Positions 45,041 to 53,542 of a stretch of DNA of 64,000 nt are shown here, one piece after another. Source of the stretch: Asaia bogorensis (GTDB taxonomy: Bacteria > Pseudomonadota > Alphaproteobacteria > Reyranellales > Reyranellaceae); the NCBI GenBank assembly GCA_943372655.1, contig CALRZP010000018.1, forward strand, positions 29,094 to 93,093. Direction: 5' to 3'. Below the pieces are notes generated by a model, which was given only the letters and a program-made list of their open reading frames with translations, was not told where the DNA came from and searched no databases. Within the stretch, counting starts at the first letter, position 1. Each line of letters starts with the position of its first letter. A program made the position numbers and the translations under genes.

Positions 45041-45155
45041 TCCCTCACCTCCAGAGCGATCAAACTAACATTCGACCGCCGGGGAAGGGAATGTGTCGCC
45101 GCGCCGTAGGCTCCGGCGCGAAACGCATGGCCGCCTGAAAAACTCCTCGCTTTCG

Positions 45156-45998
45156 TCAGGAAGCGGACGGAAACGCGAGACCTGCGGCCGCCCGAGCGAG
45201 CGCCCCATCGCGCGCCTCGAGTTCATCCATTATGGAGAAGTGGTTGAGTCCGCCAAGCGGCAACAACTCACTCGCGAGTCCCGCCGCACGACGCGCCTCG
45301 TGATACGCGATCGACTGGCGCTGCAGTTCCGGCAGCTCGGCGGTGCCATAGGCCAGCACGACGGGGGCGCTCTTTTTCGGCAGATGCAGGAGCGGGCTCG
45401 TCCGCGCCGCTTCCTCCGCCGTGAGATTCAGTTTTTCGTTGAGATAGTTCAGGCGGCAGGGCTCGACGTCGTAGATGCCGCTGATGGCGAGGCCGGCATC
45501 GACCTCGTCCATGGCCAGCGTCGTCGCCGTCAGGTGGCCACCCGCAGACCAGCCCGACACGACCAGCCGATCCTGCGCCACCCCGTGACGCGGCCCTTCC
45601 CGGCGCAGCCAGCGCACCGCTTCAGCGATCTCCTCGACGATGGCCGACAGGGTGGCCTCGGGCGCCAGCGTGTAGCCCAGGAACGCGACGTCCATCCCGT
45701 TCGCGAGCGGCCCTTCGGCCATGCAGGCGAAAATCTCCTTGGCGTTGCGCTGCCAGTAGCCGCCGTGGATGAAGGCGAACAGCGGCGCCTTCGCACGGCC
45801 GCAGCGGTACAGGTCGAGCTTGTTGCGCGGCCGCGGGCCGTAGGCGAGATCGAGCCGCTCGGCATGGAGCGCCCGGAAGCGTTCGCTGCGCGCGATCCAG
45901 CCGTCGCGGCGCGGGCCCGAATCGGCCACGGCGTTGGTATTGTCGTAGGCCTTGTCGAGCTCAGCCCGCGTCATGCCGCACCACACGATCTCACTCAT
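45156..45998 (-). CDS. Alpha/beta hydrolase (fold-3 esterase/arylformamidase-like)
   Basis: Oxyanion HGGYW and nucleophile elbow GWSAGGH. Trimmed to MSEIVWCG. Confidence 0.8.
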   Translation of the reverse strand: MSEIVWCGMTRAELDKAYDNTNAVADSGPRRDGWIARSERFRALHAERLDLAYGPRPRNKLDLYRCGRAKAPLFAFIHGGYWQRNAKEIFACMAEGPLANGMDVAFLGYTLAPEATLSAIVEEIAEAVRWLRREGPRHGVAQDRLVVSGWSAGGHLTATTLAMDEVDAGLAISGIYDVEPCRLNYLNEKLNLTAEEAARTSPLLHLPKKSAPVVLAYGTAELPELQRQSIAYHEARRAAGLASELLPLGGLNHFSIMDELEARDGALARAAAGLAFPSAS

Positions 45999-46075
45999 CG
46001 CCAAATCTCCCGTTGCAGGCGTCTCCTGTAGCACAGCCCTTCCCCGCTCTTCCGTTCGGTGCGAACGTCGCCTGG

Positions 46076-47395
46076 ATGTCTTCTGCCGCCCGACCGACCG
46101 CCATACGCGGCCCCGCCCTCAGCTTCACCGGCGATCCGTTCCGCGACGGACTCGAGCGGACCCTCGTCCACGAGCCCGATGCGATCGTGGCGATGCAGGA
46201 CGGGCGCATCACGCACTTCGGACCGGCCGCGCGCGTCGCCCCGCTGCTGCCGGCCGGCACGGAGATCCGGGACTTCGGCGGGGACGCCCTGATCTCCGCG
46301 GGCTTCATCGACACCCACGTGCATTTCCCGCAGACGCCGATGATCGCGAGCCACGGCGCCCAGCTCCTCGACTGGCTCGAACGCTACACCTTTCCGGCCG
46401 AGCTGAAGTTCGCCGACCGAGCCTACACGCGGCGCGTTGCCCGCGCCTTCCTGCAGGAGAACCTGCGCAACGGTATCACGACGAGCTGCGTCTATTGCTC
46501 CGTGCATCCCCATTCGGCCGACATCCTGTTCGAGGAGGCGGAAGCGCTGGGCCTGCGGCTCGCGGCCGGCAAGGTGCTGATGGACCGCAATGCGCCGGAC
46601 GGGCTGCGCGACAGCGCCCAGTCCGCCTACGACGACTCGCTGGCCCTGATCCGCAAATGGCACGGGCGCGGGCGACTGCTCTATGCCATCACGCCGCGCT
46701 TTGCCGGCACGAGTTCACCCGAGCAGCTCGCCGCCGCCGGCGCGTTGTGGCGCGAACACCCCGACTGCCTGATGCAGACTCACATCGCGGAGACTGAGGC
46801 CGAGGTCGCCTGGATCAGGGAACTGTTCCCCGACCGCGGCAGCTATCTCGACGTCTACGATCATCACGGACTTTGCGGCAAGCGCGCCGTGTTCGGTCAT
46901 GGCATCTGGCTGGGCGACGACGAACTGCAGCGCCTGCATGCGGCCGATGCCGCGATCTCCCACTGCCCGACCTCGAACTTCTTCCTGGGCAGCGGCATGT
47001 TCGACATTGCGCGTGTCAAGCGCGCCGACCGCCCCGTCCGCGTCGGGCTCGGGACCGATATCGGTGCCGGCACCTCCTTCTCGATCCTGCAGACGCTCAA
47101 CGAGGCGTACAAGGCCGCGCAGCTCAACCGCTATCCCCTCTCAGCCGCCCATGCCTACTATCTCGCCACGCGCGGTTCGGCGGCGGCGATGCATCTCGAA
47201 GACAAGGTCGGCAGCATCGCCCCTGGCATGGAAGCCGACCTCGTGGTGCTCGACATGCGCTCCACGCCCCTGATCGCCTTCCGCATGGACGAGGCTCGCG
47301 ACTTCGCCGAGCAGCTCTTCATCCAGATGATCCTGGGCGACGACCGGGCGGTCCAGGCGACCTACGTCGCCGGCCGGCTGGCCCATGACCGGTGA
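46076..47395 (+). CDS. guaD: Guanine deaminase
   Basis: ..GFIDTHVHFPQ.. metal site, ..LDWLE.YTFP.E.. and ..HIAE...E.. patterns of guanine deaminase. Trimmed to MSSAARPTAIRG. Confidence 0.85.
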   Translation: MSSAARPTAIRGPALSFTGDPFRDGLERTLVHEPDAIVAMQDGRITHFGPAARVAPLLPAGTEIRDFGGDALISAGFIDTHVHFPQTPMIASHGAQLLDWLERYTFPAELKFADRAYTRRVARAFLQENLRNGITTSCVYCSVHPHSADILFEEAEALGLRLAAGKVLMDRNAPDGLRDSAQSAYDDSLALIRKWHGRGRLLYAITPRFAGTSSPEQLAAAGALWREHPDCLMQTHIAETEAEVAWIRELFPDRGSYLDVYDHHGLCGKRAVFGHGIWLGDDELQRLHAADAAISHCPTSNFFLGSGMFDIARVKRADRPVRVGLGTDIGAGTSFSILQTLNEAYKAAQLNRYPLSAAHAYYLATRGSAAAMHLEDKVGSIAPGMEADLVVLDMRSTPLIAFRMDEARDFAEQLFIQMILGDDRAVQATYVAGRLAHDR

Positions 47396-47604
47396 AGACG
47401 GATTGCTTTCCCTAGGGTTAATTTTCGGCGACAGACCATAAATATGGTGGTCGAGGGGCAGGTTTGGGGCTAGGCTTTCTTCGGTAACTGAGGGAGGGTT
47501 TTTATCCGTTCGAGGACATGTCCCCCGACGGAAACTGGTTCACCGGTGGCACTTCCACCGCGTGCCCTATCGACCTCACCCTTCAGTCAGACCATCGATC
47601 GCCA

Positions 47605-47636
47605 ACGCCTCCGCTCGCCGGGGGCGTTTTTGTTTT
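47605..47636 (+). terminator. Intrinsic terminator-like hairpin upstream of phoH
   Basis: ACGCCTCCG-CTCGC-CGGGGGCGT followed by TTTTGTTTT, nested between GATCGCC (47596) and GGCGATC (47638) inverted repeats, 45 nt before the phoH ATG. Confidence 0.6.
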
Positions 47637-47681
47637 GGGCGATCGATCCCGCTCCCCTGACCATGACACCGGAGTACGAAC

Positions 47682-48407
47682 ATGGCCAAACGCGCCGCAC
47701 GCCGAGCCAAGCTGCACGCCATCGACAGCGCCCGTATTCACAGCGTCGTCTTCGACCACACTCCGGCCAATGACCGAGACCAGAGCTACATCAAGAAGAT
47801 CCGGCCGAGGAGCGACAATCAGCGGGTCCTGATGGAGGCGATCGACAGCAAACCCCTCACCGTAGCGCTCGGGCCCGCGGGCACCGGCAAGACCTACCTG
47901 GCGATCGCCGCTGCCGTCGAAGCCCTGGATAGCGGCACGGTCTCGCGGATCGTGCTGTCGCGGCCGGCCGTGGAAGCCGGCGAGAACCTGGGATTTCTCC
48001 CCGGCGACATGCGCGAGAAACTCGATCCCTATCTGCGCCCGCTGTGGGATGCGCTGAACGACCGGATGGGGCCCAAGCGTCTCGCCCAGCACCTCGAAGA
48101 TGGGACGATCGAGATCGCCCCGGTGGCCTTCATGCGCGGACGGACGCTGAACAATGCCTTCGTCCTGATCGACGAAGCCCAGAACTGCACCTACGGCCAG
48201 CTCAAGATGCTTCTGACCCGGCTCGGCTGGCATTCGACGATGGTGATGACCGGCGATCCGGACCAGACCGACCTGCTGCCGGAACTGTCCGGACTGGCGT
48301 CGATCGGCACCCGGCTCGAGGGACTGGACGACGTCGCCGTCGTACGGCTGACGCAGGAAGACGTGGTCCGCCACCCCCTCGTCGGACGCATGCTCTCGGT
48401 GCTGTAA
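47682..48407 (+). CDS. PhoH family ATPase (short, stand-alone)
   Basis: Walker A GPAGTGKTY, ..LSRPAVEAGE.LGFLPGD..EK..PYLRPL.DAL.., Walker B VLIDEAQN. GGAG SD. Confidence 0.9.
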   Translation: MAKRAARRAKLHAIDSARIHSVVFDHTPANDRDQSYIKKIRPRSDNQRVLMEAIDSKPLTVALGPAGTGKTYLAIAAAVEALDSGTVSRIVLSRPAVEAGENLGFLPGDMREKLDPYLRPLWDALNDRMGPKRLAQHLEDGTIEIAPVAFMRGRTLNNAFVLIDEAQNCTYGQLKMLLTRLGWHSTMVMTGDPDQTDLLPELSGLASIGTRLEGLDDVAVVRLTQEDVVRHPLVGRMLSVL

Positions 48408-48691
48408 AGCCACCGAGTTTATCCACACATCGAAGCATGTCGGCCGATTGGATCAAAAAAAGAACAAAACGGTTAGCCAGCTTTTTCTGACCGACGGCTA
48501 AACGGCAAAAAACCAAATCAGAACATTGAGTTAAACCAGGGGTGGCGGGCGACTGCCACCCCTCCTACATTGAGTCAATACAGTGACGCTGACGTAACAG
48601 CGATAGGACGTACGGCTTCTGCACAGACTTCCCCACATGCTCCCGATTGCCTTGTGCAGAGGGCCGGGCAGGGCCATTTTCCGCGTCCCAG

Positions 48692-50578
48692 ATGACCGAC
48701 GAAATCGACATCGACCTGCCCCCCAGCGAAGGCTCGCTCGCCGACGGAATGCGGATCATCGCGGAGTTCGTGCGGACCTTGCCACGCAAGCCGGGCGTCT
48801 ACCGCATGATCGCGGTCGACGGCGAGGTTCTGTATGTCGGAAAGGCGCGCTCGCTGCGCAGCCGGGTGGCCGCCTACACCCAGCCGACCCGGCTGGCCAC
48901 GCGCCTGATCCGCATGGTCTCGGCGACGCGGACCATGGAATTCGCCGTCACCGACAGCGAAGCCGAGGCGCTGCTCCTCGAGAACAACCTGATCAAGCGC
49001 TTCATGCCGCGCTTCAACGTGCTGCTGCGCGACGACAAGTCGTTCCCCTACATCGTCATACGTCGCGACACTCAATGGCCGCAGCTCGCCAAGCATCGCG
49101 GCACGCGCGGGCCGACCAACGAGTATTTCGGGCCGTTCGCGTCGGCCACCGCGGTCAACCGCACGCTATACGCGCTGCAGCGCGCCTTCCCGCTGCGCTC
49201 CTGCTCGGATGGCGTCTTCTCGACCCGCACACGACCCTGCCTGCAATACCAGATCAAACGCTGTACGGCGCCGTGCGTCGGCCGCATCGACAAGCCGGAA
49301 TACGACGCCATCGTCGACGACGTCCGCGGGTTCCTGGGCGGGCGCAACCGCGAGGTCCAGCAGACCCTGTCGAAGCGCATGGAGCAGGCCTCGGCCAATC
49401 TCGAATTCGAGGGCGCCGCCATTCTGCGCGACCGCATTCGCGCGCTGTCCCAGATCCAGTCGCACCAGTCGATCAGCCTCCCGTCGATCGACGAAGCCGA
49501 TATCTTCGCCGCCCACGCCGAAGGTGGGCAGGTCTGCGTCCAGGTCTTCTTCCTGCGTGCCGGCCAGAATCTCGGCAACCGCGCCTACTTCCCCAGCCAC
49601 GCCAAGGAACTCGACGAGGGCCCGGTGCTGGAGGCGTTCATGGGGCAGTTCTATCAGGACCGGCAGGCCCCGAAGCTGATCCTGACCAGCCACGATATCC
49701 CCGAGCGCGAACTCATGGAAAGCGCGCTGGCCCTGTCGGCCGGCCACAAGATCGAGATCCGTCAGCCCAAGCGCGGCGACCAGAAGGATGCGCTCGACCA
49801 GGCGGTGAACAATGCCCGCGAAGCGCTGGGCCGCCGCATGGCCGAACGCGGCACGCAGCGCACCCTGCTCGAGGGCGTGGCCCGCGTGTTCGGGCTCGAT
49901 GCGCCACCCGAGCGCATCGAGGTCTATGACAACAGCCACATCCAGGGCACGGCGGCGATCGGCGCCATGATCGTGGCGGGTCCCGAGGGCTTCACCAAGA
50001 ACGCCTACCGCAAGTTCAACATCAAGACCGAGGGTGCGGCGGGCGACGACTTCGCCATGATGCGCGAGGTGATGACCCGCCGCTTCGGTCGCGCGCTAAA
50101 GGAGAATCCCGAGCGCGACGACGAGCACTGGCCGGACCTGCTGCTGATCGACGGCGGCCAGGGCCAGCTCGAAGCCGTTCGCGGCGTGATGGCCGAACTC
50201 GGCCTCGAGGACATTCCTCTGGTCGGCATCGCCAAGGGGCCTGACCGCGATGCCGGCCGCGAGCGCTTCTTCATGACGGGCAAGCCACCCTTCTCGCTCG
50301 AGCCGCGCGATCCCGTCCTCTATTTCCTGCAACGGCTGCGGGACGAGGCGCATCGCTTCGCGATCGGCACTCACCGCACGCGCCGTGCGGCAGACATGAC
50401 GCGCTCGGCGCTCGACGAGGTGCCGGGCATCGGCGCCGGCCGCAAGCGTGCACTGCTCAATCATTTCGGCAGCGCCCGCGCCGTTTCAGGCGCGACCCTG
50501 GAGGACATCAAGTCGGTACCGGGAATCTCCGGCGCGCTGGCCCAGAAAATCCATGACCACTTCCGGGGCGGCCGGTAA
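48692..50578 (+). CDS. uvrC: Excinuclease ABC subunit C
   Basis: GIY-YIG (PGVYRM..GEVLYVGKA), UVR domain, Endo-V-like domain and C-terminal (HhH)2. Trimmed to MTDEIDID. Confidence 0.95.
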   Translation: MTDEIDIDLPPSEGSLADGMRIIAEFVRTLPRKPGVYRMIAVDGEVLYVGKARSLRSRVAAYTQPTRLATRLIRMVSATRTMEFAVTDSEAEALLLENNLIKRFMPRFNVLLRDDKSFPYIVIRRDTQWPQLAKHRGTRGPTNEYFGPFASATAVNRTLYALQRAFPLRSCSDGVFSTRTRPCLQYQIKRCTAPCVGRIDKPEYDAIVDDVRGFLGGRNREVQQTLSKRMEQASANLEFEGAAILRDRIRALSQIQSHQSISLPSIDEADIFAAHAEGGQVCVQVFFLRAGQNLGNRAYFPSHAKELDEGPVLEAFMGQFYQDRQAPKLILTSHDIPERELMESALALSAGHKIEIRQPKRGDQKDALDQAVNNAREALGRRMAERGTQRTLLEGVARVFGLDAPPERIEVYDNSHIQGTAAIGAMIVAGPEGFTKNAYRKFNIKTEGAAGDDFAMMREVMTRRFGRALKENPERDDEHWPDLLLIDGGQGQLEAVRGVMAELGLEDIPLVGIAKGPDRDAGRERFFMTGKPPFSLEPRDPVLYFLQRLRDEAHRFAIGTHRTRRAADMTRSALDEVPGIGAGRKRALLNHFGSARAVSGATLEDIKSVPGISGALAQKIHDHFRGGR

Positions 50579-51165
50579 TGTCCGGGTCGATGCTGTTCAA
50601 CCTTCCCAACATGCTCACCCTGTCGCGCATCGTCGCGATCCCGCTGGTCGTGGCCTGCTTCTGGCTCGATCGTGGCTGGGCGCAGTGGCTGTCGATGGCG
50701 CTGTTCGTGGCCGCCGCGGTGACCGATTGGTTCGATGGCTATTTCGCGCGGCGCTATCACCAGATCTCGCGCTTCGGCCGTTTCCTCGATCCGATCGCCG
50801 ACAAGCTGCTGGTCGCCGCCGCCCTGGTCATGTTGGTCGACAACAGCACGCTGACGGGCGTGAACGTGCTGGCAGCCCTCATCATCCTGGCACGCGAGAT
50901 CCTGGTCTCGGGCCTGCGCGAGTTCCTCGCGGAGCTGCGGGTCGGCCTGCCGGTCAGCGCGCTCGCCAAGTGGAAGACGGCGGTGCAGATGGTGGCGATC
51001 GCCGCGCTGCTGGTCGGAGACTCCGCCGCTCACTGGGTTACCCAGGCCGGCATCGTCCTGATCTGGATCGCCGCGGCGCTGACGCTCATCACCGGCTACG
51101 ACTATCTCCGCACCGGCCTGCGCCACATGGCGGAAGACCCCCCATCCTCGGGTGGGCAGAAGTGA
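50578..51165 (+). CDS. pgsA: CDP-diacylglycerol--glycerol-3-phosphate 3-phosphatidyltransferase
   Basis: CDP-alcohol phosphatidyltransferase motif D.(x)DG....R......G...D...D (TDWFDGYFARR..FGRFLDPIADK). TAATG junction with uvrC. Confidence 0.9.
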   Translation: MSGSMLFNLPNMLTLSRIVAIPLVVACFWLDRGWAQWLSMALFVAAAVTDWFDGYFARRYHQISRFGRFLDPIADKLLVAAALVMLVDNSTLTGVNVLAALIILAREILVSGLREFLAELRVGLPVSALAKWKTAVQMVAIAALLVGDSAAHWVTQAGIVLIWIAAALTLITGYDYLRTGLRHMAEDPPSSGGQK

Positions 51166-51413
51166 AGATCCGCTATTTCGCCTGGATGAAGCGCACCGTC
51201 GGCGTTCCCGAGGAGGAGGTGACTCCACCGGACGGCACCGACACGGTCGGCGACCTCATCGTCTGGTTGCGCAGCCGCAGCCCCGGCCATGCCGAGGCGC
51301 TGGCCGAAGGCGCGGCCTTCGGCGCCGCCGTCGACCAGCGCACCGCGACCTTCGACGTGAAGCTCGCCGGCGCGCGCGAAGTCGCCTTCTTTCCCCCGTT
51401 CACCGGCGGATGA
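51162..51413 (+). CDS. moaD: Molybdopterin synthase sulfur-carrier subunit
   Basis: 83 aa ending ..FPPFTGG (C-terminal Gly-Gly). The GTG overlaps the pgsA stop (GTGA). Confidence 0.85.
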   Translation: MKIRYFAWMKRTVGVPEEEVTPPDGTDTVGDLIVWLRSRSPGHAEALAEGAAFGAAVDQRTATFDVKLAGAREVAFFPPFTGG

Positions 51414-51414
51414 C

Positions 51415-51885
51415 ATGACGGTGCGCGTCCAGGAAGCCGATTTCGATGTCAGCGCCGAGCTGACCCGCCTCACCGACGGCAACAAGCGGATCGGCGGGCT
51501 CGCAGTCTTCGTCGGCCTCGTGCGCGAGATGCATGTGCGCGAAGGCTATCACCGCGACAGGATCGATGCGCTGACGCTCGAACACTATCCCGGCATGACC
51601 GAGACCGCGCTGCAGGAGATCGAGGCCGAGGCGAACCGGCGGTGGCCGCTCGAAGAGACCCTGATCGTGCATCGTTACGGTCGCATGGAGCCGGGTGAAC
51701 GGATCGTGCTGGTGGCCGTCGGCTCGCCCCATCGCGAAGCCGCCTTCGAGGCCTGCGAGTTCCTGGTCGACTGGCTGAAGACCAAGGCGCCGTTCTGGAA
51801 GCTGGAAGACACGCCGAAGGGCGAGCAATGGGTCGGCGCCCATGAAGACGATGGCGCGGCCGCCGCACGCTGGGAGAAGACGTAA
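51415..51885 (+). CDS. moaE: Molybdopterin synthase catalytic subunit
   Basis: ..GGLAVFVGLVRE.. ..LEHYPGM.. ..SPHR..AF.A..FL.D.LK..APFWK.E pattern of MoaE. Confidence 0.9.
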   Translation: MTVRVQEADFDVSAELTRLTDGNKRIGGLAVFVGLVREMHVREGYHRDRIDALTLEHYPGMTETALQEIEAEANRRWPLEETLIVHRYGRMEPGERIVLVAVGSPHREAAFEACEFLVDWLKTKAPFWKLEDTPKGEQWVGAHEDDGAAAARWEKT

Positions 51886-51982
51886 ATCACGTCGACGTCG
51901 ACGCCGCTCTCATCGGATAGATCTGGTGACGACGGGCTTCCTCCATTGTCGGTGGAACGGGATTGGCCACGCCGGAACTCCT

Positions 51983-52942
51983 TCAGCCCAGCGCCACCAA
52001 TACGAGGTTCGTGACACCGCGCTCGCGCAAGCGGTCCGCGGCCATCAGCGCCCGCTGGCCGCTGCGGCAGGCCAGCACAACCCTGCCGTCGGGCGTCCCG
52101 AGCTCATCGATCGTGTCGACGACCAGCCGCCGCGCGCCGGCGAAAGGCGACACCGGCGCCTCGTCGAGGCCGCGCAGGTCGACGACGAGGTCGTCGGATC
52201 GCACCTGATCGGGCGCGATGAACGCCACCTGATCGTCGGGCTCCGGACTGCCGGCAAAATCGAAGCCGCCGAAGGCGACGCGCTTGGCGTCGAACGTGAC
52301 GACGCGGCCCAGCACACCGGGTTCGAGGCCGAGCAGATGATGCAGCGTGAGGTGGGCCTGCAGGCTGCCCATCATGGCCACCGCGGTGCCGATCACGCCC
52401 ACCGTGGCGCAGGTGCCGCCGTCGACCGAGACTTCCGGGAACACCGCGCGATAGCTGGGGCCGCCGCCGCAGAAGACGCCGGCATAGCCGGTCATGCCGA
52501 TGACCGAGGCGCTCACCAGCGGCTTCGCCGCCGCGAAGCAGACGTCGCTCAGCATGTAGGTGACGGCGAAACTGTCGGCGGCGTCGACCACGATGTCGGC
52601 CTCGGCGACCAGTCGTGCCGCGTTCTGCGGCGTCAGCCGCTCGGCCACCGCGTCGATGCGAACATGAGGGTTGAACCGCTGAAGCGTGGCGCGCGCCGCC
52701 TCGGCCTTCGGCTTGCCGATGTCGGGCATGCCGTAGAGCGGCTGACGATGCAGGTTCGTCTCCTCGACCGTGTCGTGATCGACGATCGTGAGCCGGCCGA
52801 CGCCGGCGCCGGCGAGATACTGCAGCACCGGACAGCCGAGGCCGCCCGCGCCGACCACCAGCACCGAGGCGGCCGCGAGACGCGCCTGCCCCGCTTCGCC
52901 GATCTCGGGCAGCACGGCCTGGCGGGCGTAGCGGTCGGTCAC
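51983..52942 (-). CDS. thiF: ThiF/MoeB-type adenylyltransferase fused to a C-terminal rhodanese-like domain
   Basis: The GTG at 52942 overlaps the thiE stop (GTGA). RYARQ..VVGAGGLGCP nucleotide loop. C-terminal ..VLACRSGQRA.. rhodanese active-site loop. Confidence 0.8.
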   Translation of the reverse strand: MTDRYARQAVLPEIGEAGQARLAAASVLVVGAGGLGCPVLQYLAGAGVGRLTIVDHDTVEETNLHRQPLYGMPDIGKPKAEAARATLQRFNPHVRIDAVAERLTPQNAARLVAEADIVVDAADSFAVTYMLSDVCFAAAKPLVSASVIGMTGYAGVFCGGGPSYRAVFPEVSVDGGTCATVGVIGTAVAMMGSLQAHLTLHHLLGLEPGVLGRVVTFDAKRVAFGGFDFAGSPEPDDQVAFIAPDQVRSDDLVVDLRGLDEAPVSPFAGARRLVVDTIDELGTPDGRVVLACRSGQRALMAADRLRERGVTNLVLVALG

Positions 52943-53538
52943 GGCTTTCTCGTCGCCGCGATCCAGGCCCTGGCCTGACCGATCGGATCGGCATGGTTCA
53001 CGATGTCGCCCACCACCGAGGCGATGTCCGCGCCCGACTTCAGGCACAGCAGCGCACGTTCAAGGGTGAGGCCGCCGATCGCAACCAGCGGCCGGTTGCC
53101 TACAAGCTTCTTCCATTCGGCCAGCCGCTCGGTGCCCTGCGGCGCCCACGGCATCTGCTTCAGCTTGGTCGGCCAGATCGGCCCCAGCGCGACATAGTCG
53201 GGATCGATGGCGAGGCCCTTGTCGAGCTCGGCATGATCGTGCGTGCTGACGCCGATCCTGAGCCCGGCACGGCGCAGCGCCTTCACGTCGGCATCGACCA
53301 GGTCCTCCTGGCCGAGATGCACCCAGGCGCAGCCTTCGTCGATCGCGACTTGCCAGTAGTCGTTCACGACCAGGTCGGCACCGTGCTGCGCGCAGACCGC
53401 CTTGGCCTCGCGCACCTGGCGGCGGATCTCGGCCTCGGGCTGGTCCTTGATGCGCAACTGGATGAGCTTCGTGCCGACCGGCACCAGCTTCAGCACCCAG
53501 TTCGAATCAGGCACCACGGGATAGAACGGATCGAGCAT
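52939..53538 (-). CDS. thiE: Thiamine phosphate synthase
   Basis: ..IQLRIKD.. ..LVVND.. ..HLGQED.. ..GVSTH.. ..YVALGPI..T.. pattern. Lies in the thi operon. Confidence 0.9.
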   Translation of the reverse strand: MLDPFYPVVPDSNWVLKLVPVGTKLIQLRIKDQPEAEIRRQVREAKAVCAQHGADLVVNDYWQVAIDEGCAWVHLGQEDLVDADVKALRRAGLRIGVSTHDHAELDKGLAIDPDYVALGPIWPTKLKQMPWAPQGTERLAEWKKLVGNRPLVAIGGLTLERALLCLKSGADIASVVGDIVNHADPIGQARAWIAATRKP

Positions 53539-53542
53539 CTCT

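Noticed and set aside
41442-45155. Calling the tRNA-Ala-adjacent islet an integrative mobile element
   Set aside because: I found no integrase, excisionase, transposase or conjugation genes, and no direct repeat of the tRNA 3' end. Only the compositional shift and the tRNA adjacency support horizontal origin, so it is reported as a finding and not as a mobile_element feature.
47518-47832. 104-aa ORF in the guaD-phoH spacer
   Set aside because: It reads straight through a strong intrinsic terminator and then overlaps phoH out of frame. Its only SD-like sequence is 1 nt from the ATG. More likely it is non-coding RNA.
48408-48691. LexA (SOS) box upstream of uvrC
   Set aside because: The alphaproteobacterial direct-repeat box (GAAC-N7-GAAC / GTTC-N7-GTTC) is not present. 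There are only single GAAC words (gaacaaaacgg, gaacattgagt) with no properly spaced partner.
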